NCBI GenBank assembly: GCA_026387835.1
Contig: JAPLKZ010000010.1
Location: forward strand, 60,001-92,000
Source: Candidatus Saganbacteria bacterium
GTDB lineage: Bacteria > Margulisbacteria > WOR-1 > JAKLHX01
DNA length: 32,000 nt
Direction: 5' to 3'
In this document: in pieces, positions 18,352 to 25,102 of the stretch
How positions within the stretch are numbered: position 1 is the stretch's first letter
Layout of the letters: each line of letters starts with the position of its first letter
Notes under the pieces: model-generated
Seen by the model: only the letters and a program-made list of their open reading frames with translations
The model's database searches: none
What the model was told of the DNA's origin: nothing
Position numbers and translations under genes: made by a program

Positions 18352-19114
18352 CCAGGCAGGCGAAAAGAATGACAGCCTTCTATGCGTCGGGCTCGACATA
18401 GACCTCGCGCGCATGCCGAAAGAGTTCCTTTCAAAAGAAGACCCGATCTTTTCATTCAACAAGATGGTGGTGGACAAGACCAGAGATCTTGTCTGCGCGT
18501 ATAAGCCGAACATAGCTTTTTACGAGATGTACGGCATCTACGGCCTGCAATCGCTGATAAAAACAATAGAGTATATCCCCGACGAGATACCCGTCATCCT
18601 TGACGCCAAAAGAGGCGACGTGGGCCATACCGCGGGCGCGTACGCGAAGAGCGCCTTTGAAGTATTCAAAGCCGACGCGACAACGGTCAACCCGTACCTC
18701 GGATATGATTCGATAAAACCTTTTCTTGAGTACCGGGACCGCGGCACGTTCATCCTGTGCCTTACATCAAACGCCGGGTACCGCGACTTCCAGGACAGCG
18801 GGGACGAAAAAGTTCCGCTCTATATACACGTGGCAAAGCACGTCAAGGAATGGGATATATACGGCAATTGCGGTCTTGTGGCGGGCGCGACGAATCCCGG
18901 TGAATTAAAAAAGATCAGGGAGATCGCTGTTAATATGCCTATCTTGATCCCGGGCATCGGCGCGCAGGGAGGAGACCTGGAACAATCTGTAAGGAACGGG
19001 ATCACAAAAGACAAGAACAGGGCTGTGATCAATTCATCGCGGTCAATAATCTATTCGGATGACCCAGCCAAAGCGGCAAAGAAATTAAGGGACGAGATCA
19101 ACAGGTACAGATAG
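18329..19114 (+). CDS. pyrF: Orotidine 5'-phosphate decarboxylase (longer, type 2-like)
   Basis: 261 aa; LLCVGLDIDLARMP, AYKPNIAFYEMYG, VILDAKRGDVGHTAGAYAKSAFE, DATTVNPYLGYDSIKPF, LIPGIGAQGGD. Confidence 0.93.
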   Translation: MDFLNRLDQAGEKNDSLLCVGLDIDLARMPKEFLSKEDPIFSFNKMVVDKTRDLVCAYKPNIAFYEMYGIYGLQSLIKTIEYIPDEIPVILDAKRGDVGHTAGAYAKSAFEVFKADATTVNPYLGYDSIKPFLEYRDRGTFILCLTSNAGYRDFQDSGDEKVPLYIHVAKHVKEWDIYGNCGLVAGATNPGELKKIREIAVNMPILIPGIGAQGGDLEQSVRNGITKDKNRAVINSSRSIIYSDDPAKAAKKLRDEINRYR

Positions 19115-19865
19115 CTTTTTTAAGTTCTGCGATAAACTTCGGCACTTTCTTAATATTTTCATGAATAAGCTTGACTATCGCGCTCCCGACAATGACACCG
19201 TCAGCATGTTTTGACACTAATCCGGCCTGCTGAGGGGTCGATATTCCAAAACCCACAGCGATCGGTTTATTAGTATATTTCCTGATCTTTTTGATGACCG
19301 CCCCTATTTCACCGGAGAGCTGCTTTCTTTCTCCCGTGGTGCCTGTCAGCGACATCATGTAAATAAATCCTCTTGAATGCCTTGCGGCCATCCTTATCCT
19401 TTCAGGGGCACTGTTAGGCGCGACGAGGAAAATGAGGTCGACACCTTTTTGCTGAGCTTTCTTGCTGATATCTTTTGCGCCTTCGATCGGCAGGTCGGGA
19501 AGTATCAGGCCGTCTACCCCGGCTTTTGAACTGTCATTTATGAATTTTTCTATGCCGTAAGAGAACACGATATTATAGCTTGTCATCAGGACGATCGGGA
19601 TCTGCGTTTTCTTCCTGATCTTTTTTACCGCCCGGATGACCTTAGCCGCATTTGTGCCTTTTCTTATAGCCCTTTCTGCCGCCTCGGTAATAGTCGGCCC
19701 GTCCGCTATCGAGTCCGAGAACGGTATGCCGATCTCTATGATATCCGCCCCGCTTTTTTCAAGTTCCGGGACAAGCGTTTCGGTCTTAGAAAGCGACGGA
19801 TCGCCCGCCATGATGAAAGTTATGAGGGCCTTCCCTTTTTTGAACGCTTTTGAGATATTGGACAT
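19098..19865 (-). CDS. trpA: Tryptophan synthase alpha subunit
   Basis: 255 aa; ALITFIMAGDPSLSKTETLVPELEKSGADIIEIGIPFSDSIADGPTI, GVDGLILPDLPIE, GFGISTPQQAGLVSKHADGVIVGSAIV. Confidence 0.96.
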   Translation of the reverse strand: MSNISKAFKKGKALITFIMAGDPSLSKTETLVPELEKSGADIIEIGIPFSDSIADGPTITEAAERAIRKGTNAAKVIRAVKKIRKKTQIPIVLMTSYNIVFSYGIEKFINDSSKAGVDGLILPDLPIEGAKDISKKAQQKGVDLIFLVAPNSAPERIRMAARHSRGFIYMMSLTGTTGERKQLSGEIGAVIKKIRKYTNKPIAVGFGISTPQQAGLVSKHADGVIVGSAIVKLIHENIKKVPKFIAELKKAICTC

Positions 19866-19896
19866 TTCAAGAAAAGTATAACATTAAACGGGGCCT

Positions 19897-21123
19897 TTAG
19901 AAATCGCTGCTGCCCGTCAGATCATGGGCATTCGCTGAGGTGATCCTTGCTTCGGCAATGTCCCCGGACCTGAGCCGCCTTTTTGCCCTGACAAGGACTT
20001 TTCCGTCTATTTCCGGAGCGTCGCGGAAACTGCGGCCGACAAAATATTCTTTCCCGTGGTTTTCGATGATGACTTTGACGGTCCTGCCGATGAACGCCTT
20101 ATTGATCTTTCTTGATATCCCCTCCTGCATCTGCATCAGTTTCCTGACCCTGGTATTCTTGATCTTTTCGGGGACCTGGTTCTCCATCTTTGCCGCTGAA
20201 GTGCCTTCTTCCCTGCTGTAGGGGAACACGCCGACCCTGTCAAATCCCATCTTTTTGATGAAGCCGCGCAATTCATTAAAATCTTTTTCAGTCTCTCCCG
20301 GGAACCCGGCGATGAAAGTCGTCCTGATACAGATACCCGGGACCGTTTTTCTTAATTTTGAGACCAGACGGGTCAGGTCATTCTTTGAATATTTTCTGTT
20401 CATCGATCTTAATATCTTATCGCTCGCGTGCTGCATCGGGAGGTCGATATATTTTAAGATCTTTTGTTCTTTGGCGATGGCATCGATCAGAGCGTCCGTA
20501 ACATGCTTCGGGTGCGCGTACATTATCCTTATCCATTCAACTCCTATTACGGCCGCCGTTTTTCTGAGAAGACCAGGAAGATCGGGGTATGCGGTAGTAT
20601 CCTGCGCGATATAGATTATCTCTTTTACTCCTTTTTTAGCCAGCATCTTTACTTCCTTCAGGATATCCTCAGGTTTTCTTGAGACCCGTCTTCCCCTGAT
20701 CTTCGGTATCAGGCAATAAGAACAATCATTGTCGCAGCCTTCCGAGATCTTAACGTAAGCTGTCCACGGGCGCGTTGCTTTGACGCGCGGAGATCTTGAA
20801 TCGTAAAGTTTTATGCTGTCGACGAACGAATTTACTCCGTCCATTTTTATTCTTTTATTTTTGATCCCCAGGTATTTTGGCAGGCATCCCGCCACATAAA
20901 GTTTCTTGCATTTTCCTTTTTTCTTCCAGGCGGCCATTTCACCTATCACTTTTTCCGCTTCGTCCCTTGCGGTCTTAATGAAAGCGCAGGTGTTCACAAT
21001 GATGATCTCGGCCTCTCTGGGATTTAAGGAGATCGTGTGCCCGGAAGCCGCCAGATGGCCCATCAGCACCTCCGAATCGGTGAGATTCTTAGGGCAACCG
21101 AGACTTACAACATATGCCTTCAT
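19897..21123 (-). CDS. rimO: Ribosomal protein S12 methylthiotransferase RimO
   Basis: Starts at MKAYVVSLGCPKNLTDSEVLMGHL; radical SAM motif ISEGCDNDCSYCLIPKIRG; TFIAGFPGETEKDF; C-terminal TRAM-like region. The ORF track's extension to 21558 runs antisense through tRNA-Ser and is rejected. Confidence 0.92.
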   Translation of the reverse strand: MKAYVVSLGCPKNLTDSEVLMGHLAASGHTISLNPREAEIIIVNTCAFIKTARDEAEKVIGEMAAWKKKGKCKKLYVAGCLPKYLGIKNKRIKMDGVNSFVDSIKLYDSRSPRVKATRPWTAYVKISEGCDNDCSYCLIPKIRGRRVSRKPEDILKEVKMLAKKGVKEIIYIAQDTTAYPDLPGLLRKTAAVIGVEWIRIMYAHPKHVTDALIDAIAKEQKILKYIDLPMQHASDKILRSMNRKYSKNDLTRLVSKLRKTVPGICIRTTFIAGFPGETEKDFNELRGFIKKMGFDRVGVFPYSREEGTSAAKMENQVPEKIKNTRVRKLMQMQEGISRKINKAFIGRTVKVIIENHGKEYFVGRSFRDAPEIDGKVLVRAKRRLRSGDIAEARITSANAHDLTGSSDF

Positions 21124-21167
21124 AATAAAAGTATAACAGGGATAAGACCTGTTTATCGCAGTGAAAA

Positions 21168-21196
21168 TTGAAATAACTATGTTTGTTATATATAAT
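21168..21196 (+). promoter_or_regulatory. Strong sigma-70-type promoter for tRNA-Ser
   Basis: TTGAAA (21168-21173) - 17 nt - TATAAT (21191-21196). Confidence 0.75.
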
Positions 21197-21233
21197 GAGG
21201 GAGAGCAGCGAGCCGGATTATTTCCGGCGAGCG

Positions 21234-21257
21234 TTGAGAGGGATCCTTCCCTCTCAA
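21234..21257 (+). other. 9-bp perfect stem-loop in the tRNA-Ser leader
   Basis: TTGAGAGGG-ATCCTT-CCCTCTCAA. A smaller GCCGG-ATTATTT-CCGGC hairpin lies at 21212-21228. Confidence 0.6.
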
Positions 21258-21282
21258 AACGAGCGAGCGGAAGCGAGCGAGT

Positions 21283-21372
21283 GGAGGGGTACTCAAGTGG
21301 CTTAAGAGGGCGGTTTGCTAAACCGTTAGTGCGATGTAAGTCGCAGCGAGAGTTCAAATCTCTCCCCCTCCG
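21283..21372 (+). tRNA. tRNA-Ser(GCU)
   Basis: Acceptor GGAGGGG/CCCCTCC + G discriminator; anticodon arm GCGGT-TTGCTAA-ACCGT (GCT); long variable arm GTGCGA-TGTAAG-TCGCAG region; T-arm GAGAG-TTCAAAT-CTCTC; no encoded CCA. Confidence 0.96.
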
Positions 21373-21394
21373 ATTGAGCGAAGCGAAAGCGGAG

Positions 21395-21425
21395 AGCCCC
21401 CCGATCAGATCGGGGGGCTTTTTTG
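21395..21425 (+). terminator. Rho-independent terminator after tRNA-Ser
   Basis: AGCCCCCCGATC-A-GATCGGGGGGCT perfect 12-bp dyad (21395-21119 offset: 21395-21419) followed by TTTTTT. Confidence 0.8.
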
Positions 21426-21650
21426 CGTCAGCAAAAACGGGGTGAGATTTGAAAGGCAATTTGCCGCCGAGCAAAGCGAGGAAAAGCAATCGATACCCGA
21501 GCCCAAGCGAGGTGAGATTGCGACAGGCAAATCGCCATGGCCCGAAGCCCCCGCCCAAAGCGGGGCGCTTGCCCCGAGCGAATGGTGAGCGACCCTGAGC
21601 GAGCGAACGTAGTGAGCGAGTCGAAGGGGAGTCGAACCAGAGTCGAGGGG

Positions 21651-21812
21651 GAGGTCAAATCCCTGCCCGCCGAAGTCCCGATCTGATCGGGACGAAGGAG
21701 GGTCTCCCCCTCCGTTTTTTTGCAATATAAGGGCAATAATTTGTTGCTCTTCTTTTTTCGTCTAACAATTACACCGTTGGTAGGTGTGGTCTTTCTAACA
21801 ATCTTCTACCAA
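21651..21812. repeat. Direct repeat copy A (structured, ~160 bp) on the 3' side of the ankyrin gene
   Basis: GAGGTCAAATCCCTGCCCGCCGAAGTCCCGATCTGATCGGGACGAAGGAGGGTCTCCCCCTCCGTTTTTTTGCAATATAAGGGCAATAATTTGTTG...TCTAACAATTACACCGTTGGTAGG...; near-identical to 23107-23266. Confidence 0.88.
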
Positions 21813-21898
21813 AATGCGGTAAAAACTTAACAGTATATTGAAGAATAGAGGCGTTATTTCTTGGTCCGGTGAACATTAATTAACACACTTTAAGATTA

Positions 21899-22987
21899 TT
21901 ATTTGGCTCCTGCCCTGATCAATATCTCCACGATTTCTTTTTTTTTTTTTTTTTCTTCTTCATCATGGTGGGGGTTATCTGTTTTTCTTAATATTGATGC
22001 ATATGAAAGAGCTGTTAATCTAAGATCATCCTTTTCTTTCAAATCAGCTCCTGCTTCAATAAGTGCTTTCGCTATCTCCGCATGTCCAACAATTGCTGCC
22101 GCTATTAAAGCCGTATGTCCTTCATGCCCCTTCGCATTCAGATTAGCCCCTGCTTTTATCAGTGCTTTTACCGTCTCTGTATGCCCAAGAATTGCTGCCT
22201 CTATCAAAGCCGTATCGTCATTATACTTCTTTGCATTCACATCAGCCCCGGCTTTTATAAGTGCTTTTACTGTTTCTGTGTTGTTAACTGCATGTATTAG
22301 AGCTGTGTAACCATATCTACTCTGGACATTTACATCAGCCCTGGCTTTGATAAATATATTAACCAATTCTGTATTCATTTCTTTATCCCATAATTTTGCC
22401 GCCGCTATGATAGGGGTATCACAATTCTGATTTTTTATATTAACATCAGCCCCGGCTTTTATAAGTGCTTTTACTACCTTTATATTCCCTCTTTCTGCTC
22501 CTCTTACTAGAGCTGTGCTGCGATAGAAATCGGTTATATTCACATCAGCCTTAGCTTCAATAAGTAATCCCGCTATTTCTGTATGCTCTTTAACTACTGC
22601 CAATATTAGGGCCGTTTGCTCATCATTATTCTTTGCGTTCGCATCAGCTCCTGCTTTTATAAGAGCTTTTGCTATATCTGTATGGCCATTGATCGCTGCC
22701 TCCATCAGAGCCGTCGTTCCAGTATCGTCCTTGGCATTCACATCAGCCTTAGTCTCAATAAGTGCTTTTACTGCTTCTACATGCCCATTGATTGTTGCCT
22801 TCATTAGAGCTGTTTGCCCAGATTTATTCTTTATATCCATAACTAACATTGGTGGTGCAAGCTGTGCAAGCAACAAAGGTCTTTCATTGTCCGAAGGATT
22901 TTTAACCTCGACATTCCCCTGATTGTTTATCCGCCCAAGATAATTAACGCTCGTGAAACTCATATTATTACTCACTGCTTGTGTCAT
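21899..22987 (-). CDS. Ankyrin-repeat protein (about 9 repeats)
   Basis: 362 aa; tandem 33-aa units such as TALMEAAINGHTDIAKALIKAGADANAKNNDEQ and TALIEAAILGHTETVKALIKAGANLNAKGHEGH. Confidence 0.93.
   Translation of the reverse strand: MTQAVSNNMSFTSVNYLGRINNQGNVEVKNPSDNERPLLLAQLAPPMLVMDIKNKSGQTALMKATINGHVEAVKALIETKADVNAKDDTGTTALMEAAINGHTDIAKALIKAGADANAKNNDEQTALILAVVKEHTEIAGLLIEAKADVNITDFYRSTALVRGAERGNIKVVKALIKAGADVNIKNQNCDTPIIAAAKLWDKEMNTELVNIFIKARADVNVQSRYGYTALIHAVNNTETVKALIKAGADVNAKKYNDDTALIEAAILGHTETVKALIKAGANLNAKGHEGHTALIAAAIVGHAEIAKALIEAGADLKEKDDLRLTALSYASILRKTDNPHHDEEEKKKKKEIVEILIRAGAK
21938..21954. repeat. 17-nt homopolymer (T17 on + strand, A17 in the sense strand of the ankyrin gene)
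   Basis: Direct reading of the cgatttcTTTTTTTTTTTTTTTTTcttctt tract; encodes the lysine run in DEEEKKKKKEIVEIL. Confidence 0.9.
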
Positions 22988-23106
22988 TTTATTCTCCTTA
23001 TCAGATATTCCTCAGTAGCTATATATCGATGCTATTTTTATGAAATTTCAATTGATTTTAATTAGCAATTTTAATAACCAGGAAATATTTTAGCCGTTAC
23101 TAGCGA

Positions 23107-23266
23107 GAGGCCAAATCCACGCCCGCCGAAGTCCCGATCTGATCGGGACGAAGGATGGTCTCCCCCTCCGTTTTTTAGCAATATAAGGGCAATAATTTGT
23201 TGTCCTTATTTTTTTGTCTAACGATTACACCGTTGGTAGGTCGGGTCTTTCTAACAACTTTCCAAC
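23107..23266. repeat. Direct repeat copy B (structured, ~160 bp) between the ankyrin gene and the radical SAM gene
   Basis: GAGGCCAAATCCACGCCCGCCGAAGTCCCGATCTGATCGGGACGAAGGATGGTCTCCCCCTCCGTTTTTTAGCAATATAAGGGCAATAATTTGTTG...CGATTACACCGTTGGTAGG...; matches 21651-21812. Confidence 0.88.
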
Positions 23267-23328
23267 AGAACCAAATCAATATATTTGAAATTTTCCGATA
23301 TTCTGCTCGATATGTTAATAGGAACAAT

Positions 23329-25086
23329 ATGGCACAAATAAAGGTTGCGCTTGTAAATCTTGCATCTCCGAATTTTCACGTACGTGAATTGAAGCCCGTT
23401 GCGGTCAATATTCTCGCAGGTTATTTGAGGAAAAGGGCATTAGAGCGAGGTATCCCGGTCCAAGTCAAGGTGTACGACATGCAGGAAGAGCTTGAGAAGA
23501 AAAGTATTGCGGAAAAACAGGATCATAAAGTTCTCCACAGACAGACTGCGGAATCGATTGCCGGCAGACTGGCGGCAGATCGGCCGGACATTGTCGGGCT
23601 TTCAATGAGATGGGAGACGCTCAATGCCGCCTTGTCGATAATCTCAAAGATGAGAGGGTCCGATATTTTGCCGCTTGTGATCACCGGAAACAATGTCGCC
23701 ACCTATGGGAGCAGAAAACTTCTTACTCTGCCAGAATTCAAAGACACTCTCGCTGTTGAAGGGGAGGGTGAGGATGCCCTGTGCCGCATAGTCGAGAGAG
23801 CAATAACATCAGCGAGGATAAATGATCCGTCAAATTATGAGGGTATCCCAAACGTCAGGACAAAACCTGACGGCGATATTTTTAAAAAACGGGTAGACCT
23901 GATAAATTATCCCGATCTTGACTTAACTGTAGCGGAAGAACTATACAAAAACGACTGGGCCGGCGGGGTCGAGTTCAGCCGGGGGTGCCCATACCATTCC
24001 TGCCGTTATTGCTCTATCGGAGATGATTGGAAGCCTTTCAAAACAGAAATAGTGATCAACAGGATGAGACGGCTTCTGCAGGCCGATCCAAAGACCGGAT
24101 TTTGGTCCAATGATTCGGAGTTTTTCGGGCACATGAACGGGAATCGTTTTTATGAGAGCATCAGGACAGCGGAGAAAGTCGCCAAAGCCATAGAAGAGCT
24201 CGGCAAAGAATTAAAGGCCGCTATTTCAGTCTCACATTTTTCCGCAAGGGTTGATAATATCTTCAAAGCACGTGACGGTGAAGACCGGAACACGGACAGG
24301 ATACGCATTATCAGGAAGCTGATGCAGGCAGGTTTCGGGAAAGTATATTTAGGGATCGAATCAGGGAGCCCCTCCCAATTAATAAGGTACGGCAAGGGGG
24401 TGACGGCAAATGAGAGCAGGGAGGCCATGCGATTGCTGGATCATGAGATCCATATGCCGTTCGAACCCGGTTACATCTTTTTTGATCCTGACGCCACGAT
24501 CCGGGAACTGAGAGAGAGCATGCTTTTTATCAAAGAGACAGGGCTTCATCGCAGACAATCCAGGATATTCAACACGTTAAGGCCACAGGCAGGAAGCCGG
24601 TTGACTGCACAACTTATCGCAAAAGGATTGGTCTCTCCTGATCTTGATCTGGATACGGTGTCTCATAGGATACTCGACTATTCCGATAAAGACGTGAAAG
24701 TTGTCGCCGGCCTGTACGGGCTTTGGGAAAAGCAAAGCGCTGACCTGTTCAGATATTTGAACGGTAAACTCTACTGGAAGGGGACCAATCCAAGGAATGC
24801 TATTATCGGGCCTTTTCTTGATAAGATCATCGACCTTGACCGCACATTTATTAATGGCTGCCTGGATGCATGTGAAGCCAAAAGCGATCATGGAGTTGCC
24901 ATCGCGCATTTTTCAAAAGTATTTATCAATATCATCGATCGCATCAAATTCGCGTTAGCAAACCATCATATTGACGACCCTGATGGTCAGCTCCCATTAT
25001 TCCTAGGTAAAGCAACGGAACGCAACATGGCACTTCCGTGCAATATAGACACCAAAGCAATGATTGACCTTCCCCCATTGTCATAA
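23329..25086 (+). CDS. B12-binding-domain-type radical SAM protein
   Basis: ORF 23197..25086, likely start MAQIKVALVNLASPNFHVRELKPVAVNILAGYLRKRA at 23329; IVGLSMRWETLNAAL, CX4CX2C cluster FSRGCPYHSCRYCSIGDDW, GFGKVYLGIESGSPSQLIRYGKG, FEPGYIFFDPDATI. Confidence 0.85.
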   Translation: MAQIKVALVNLASPNFHVRELKPVAVNILAGYLRKRALERGIPVQVKVYDMQEELEKKSIAEKQDHKVLHRQTAESIAGRLAADRPDIVGLSMRWETLNAALSIISKMRGSDILPLVITGNNVATYGSRKLLTLPEFKDTLAVEGEGEDALCRIVERAITSARINDPSNYEGIPNVRTKPDGDIFKKRVDLINYPDLDLTVAEELYKNDWAGGVEFSRGCPYHSCRYCSIGDDWKPFKTEIVINRMRRLLQADPKTGFWSNDSEFFGHMNGNRFYESIRTAEKVAKAIEELGKELKAAISVSHFSARVDNIFKARDGEDRNTDRIRIIRKLMQAGFGKVYLGIESGSPSQLIRYGKGVTANESREAMRLLDHEIHMPFEPGYIFFDPDATIRELRESMLFIKETGLHRRQSRIFNTLRPQAGSRLTAQLIAKGLVSPDLDLDTVSHRILDYSDKDVKVVAGLYGLWEKQSADLFRYLNGKLYWKGTNPRNAIIGPFLDKIIDLDRTFINGCLDACEAKSDHGVAIAHFSKVFINIIDRIKFALANHHIDDPDGQLPLFLGKATERNMALPCNIDTKAMIDLPPLS

Positions 25087-25102
25087 CAAATAACCTGATT
25101 CC

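Noticed and set aside
21124-21558. N-terminal extension of the rimO ORF to 21558
   Set aside because: It runs antisense through tRNA-Ser and its promoter; homology starts at MKAYVVSLGCPKN (21123).
21161-21736. Short ORFs on both strands around tRNA-Ser
   Set aside because: Low-complexity translations of the GAGCGA-type repeats overlapping the tRNA; no RBS or family support.
21899-22987. Possible CRISPR-like or tandem noncoding repeat array
   Set aside because: The ~99-bp periodicity is explained by 33-aa ankyrin repeats; units are diverged and there are no conserved repeats with unique spacers.
21651-23266. Insertion sequence or transposon
   Set aside because: The flanking repeats are direct, but there is no transposase or integrase, no terminal inverted repeats and no obvious target duplication, so I report only a repeat-bracketed cassette.
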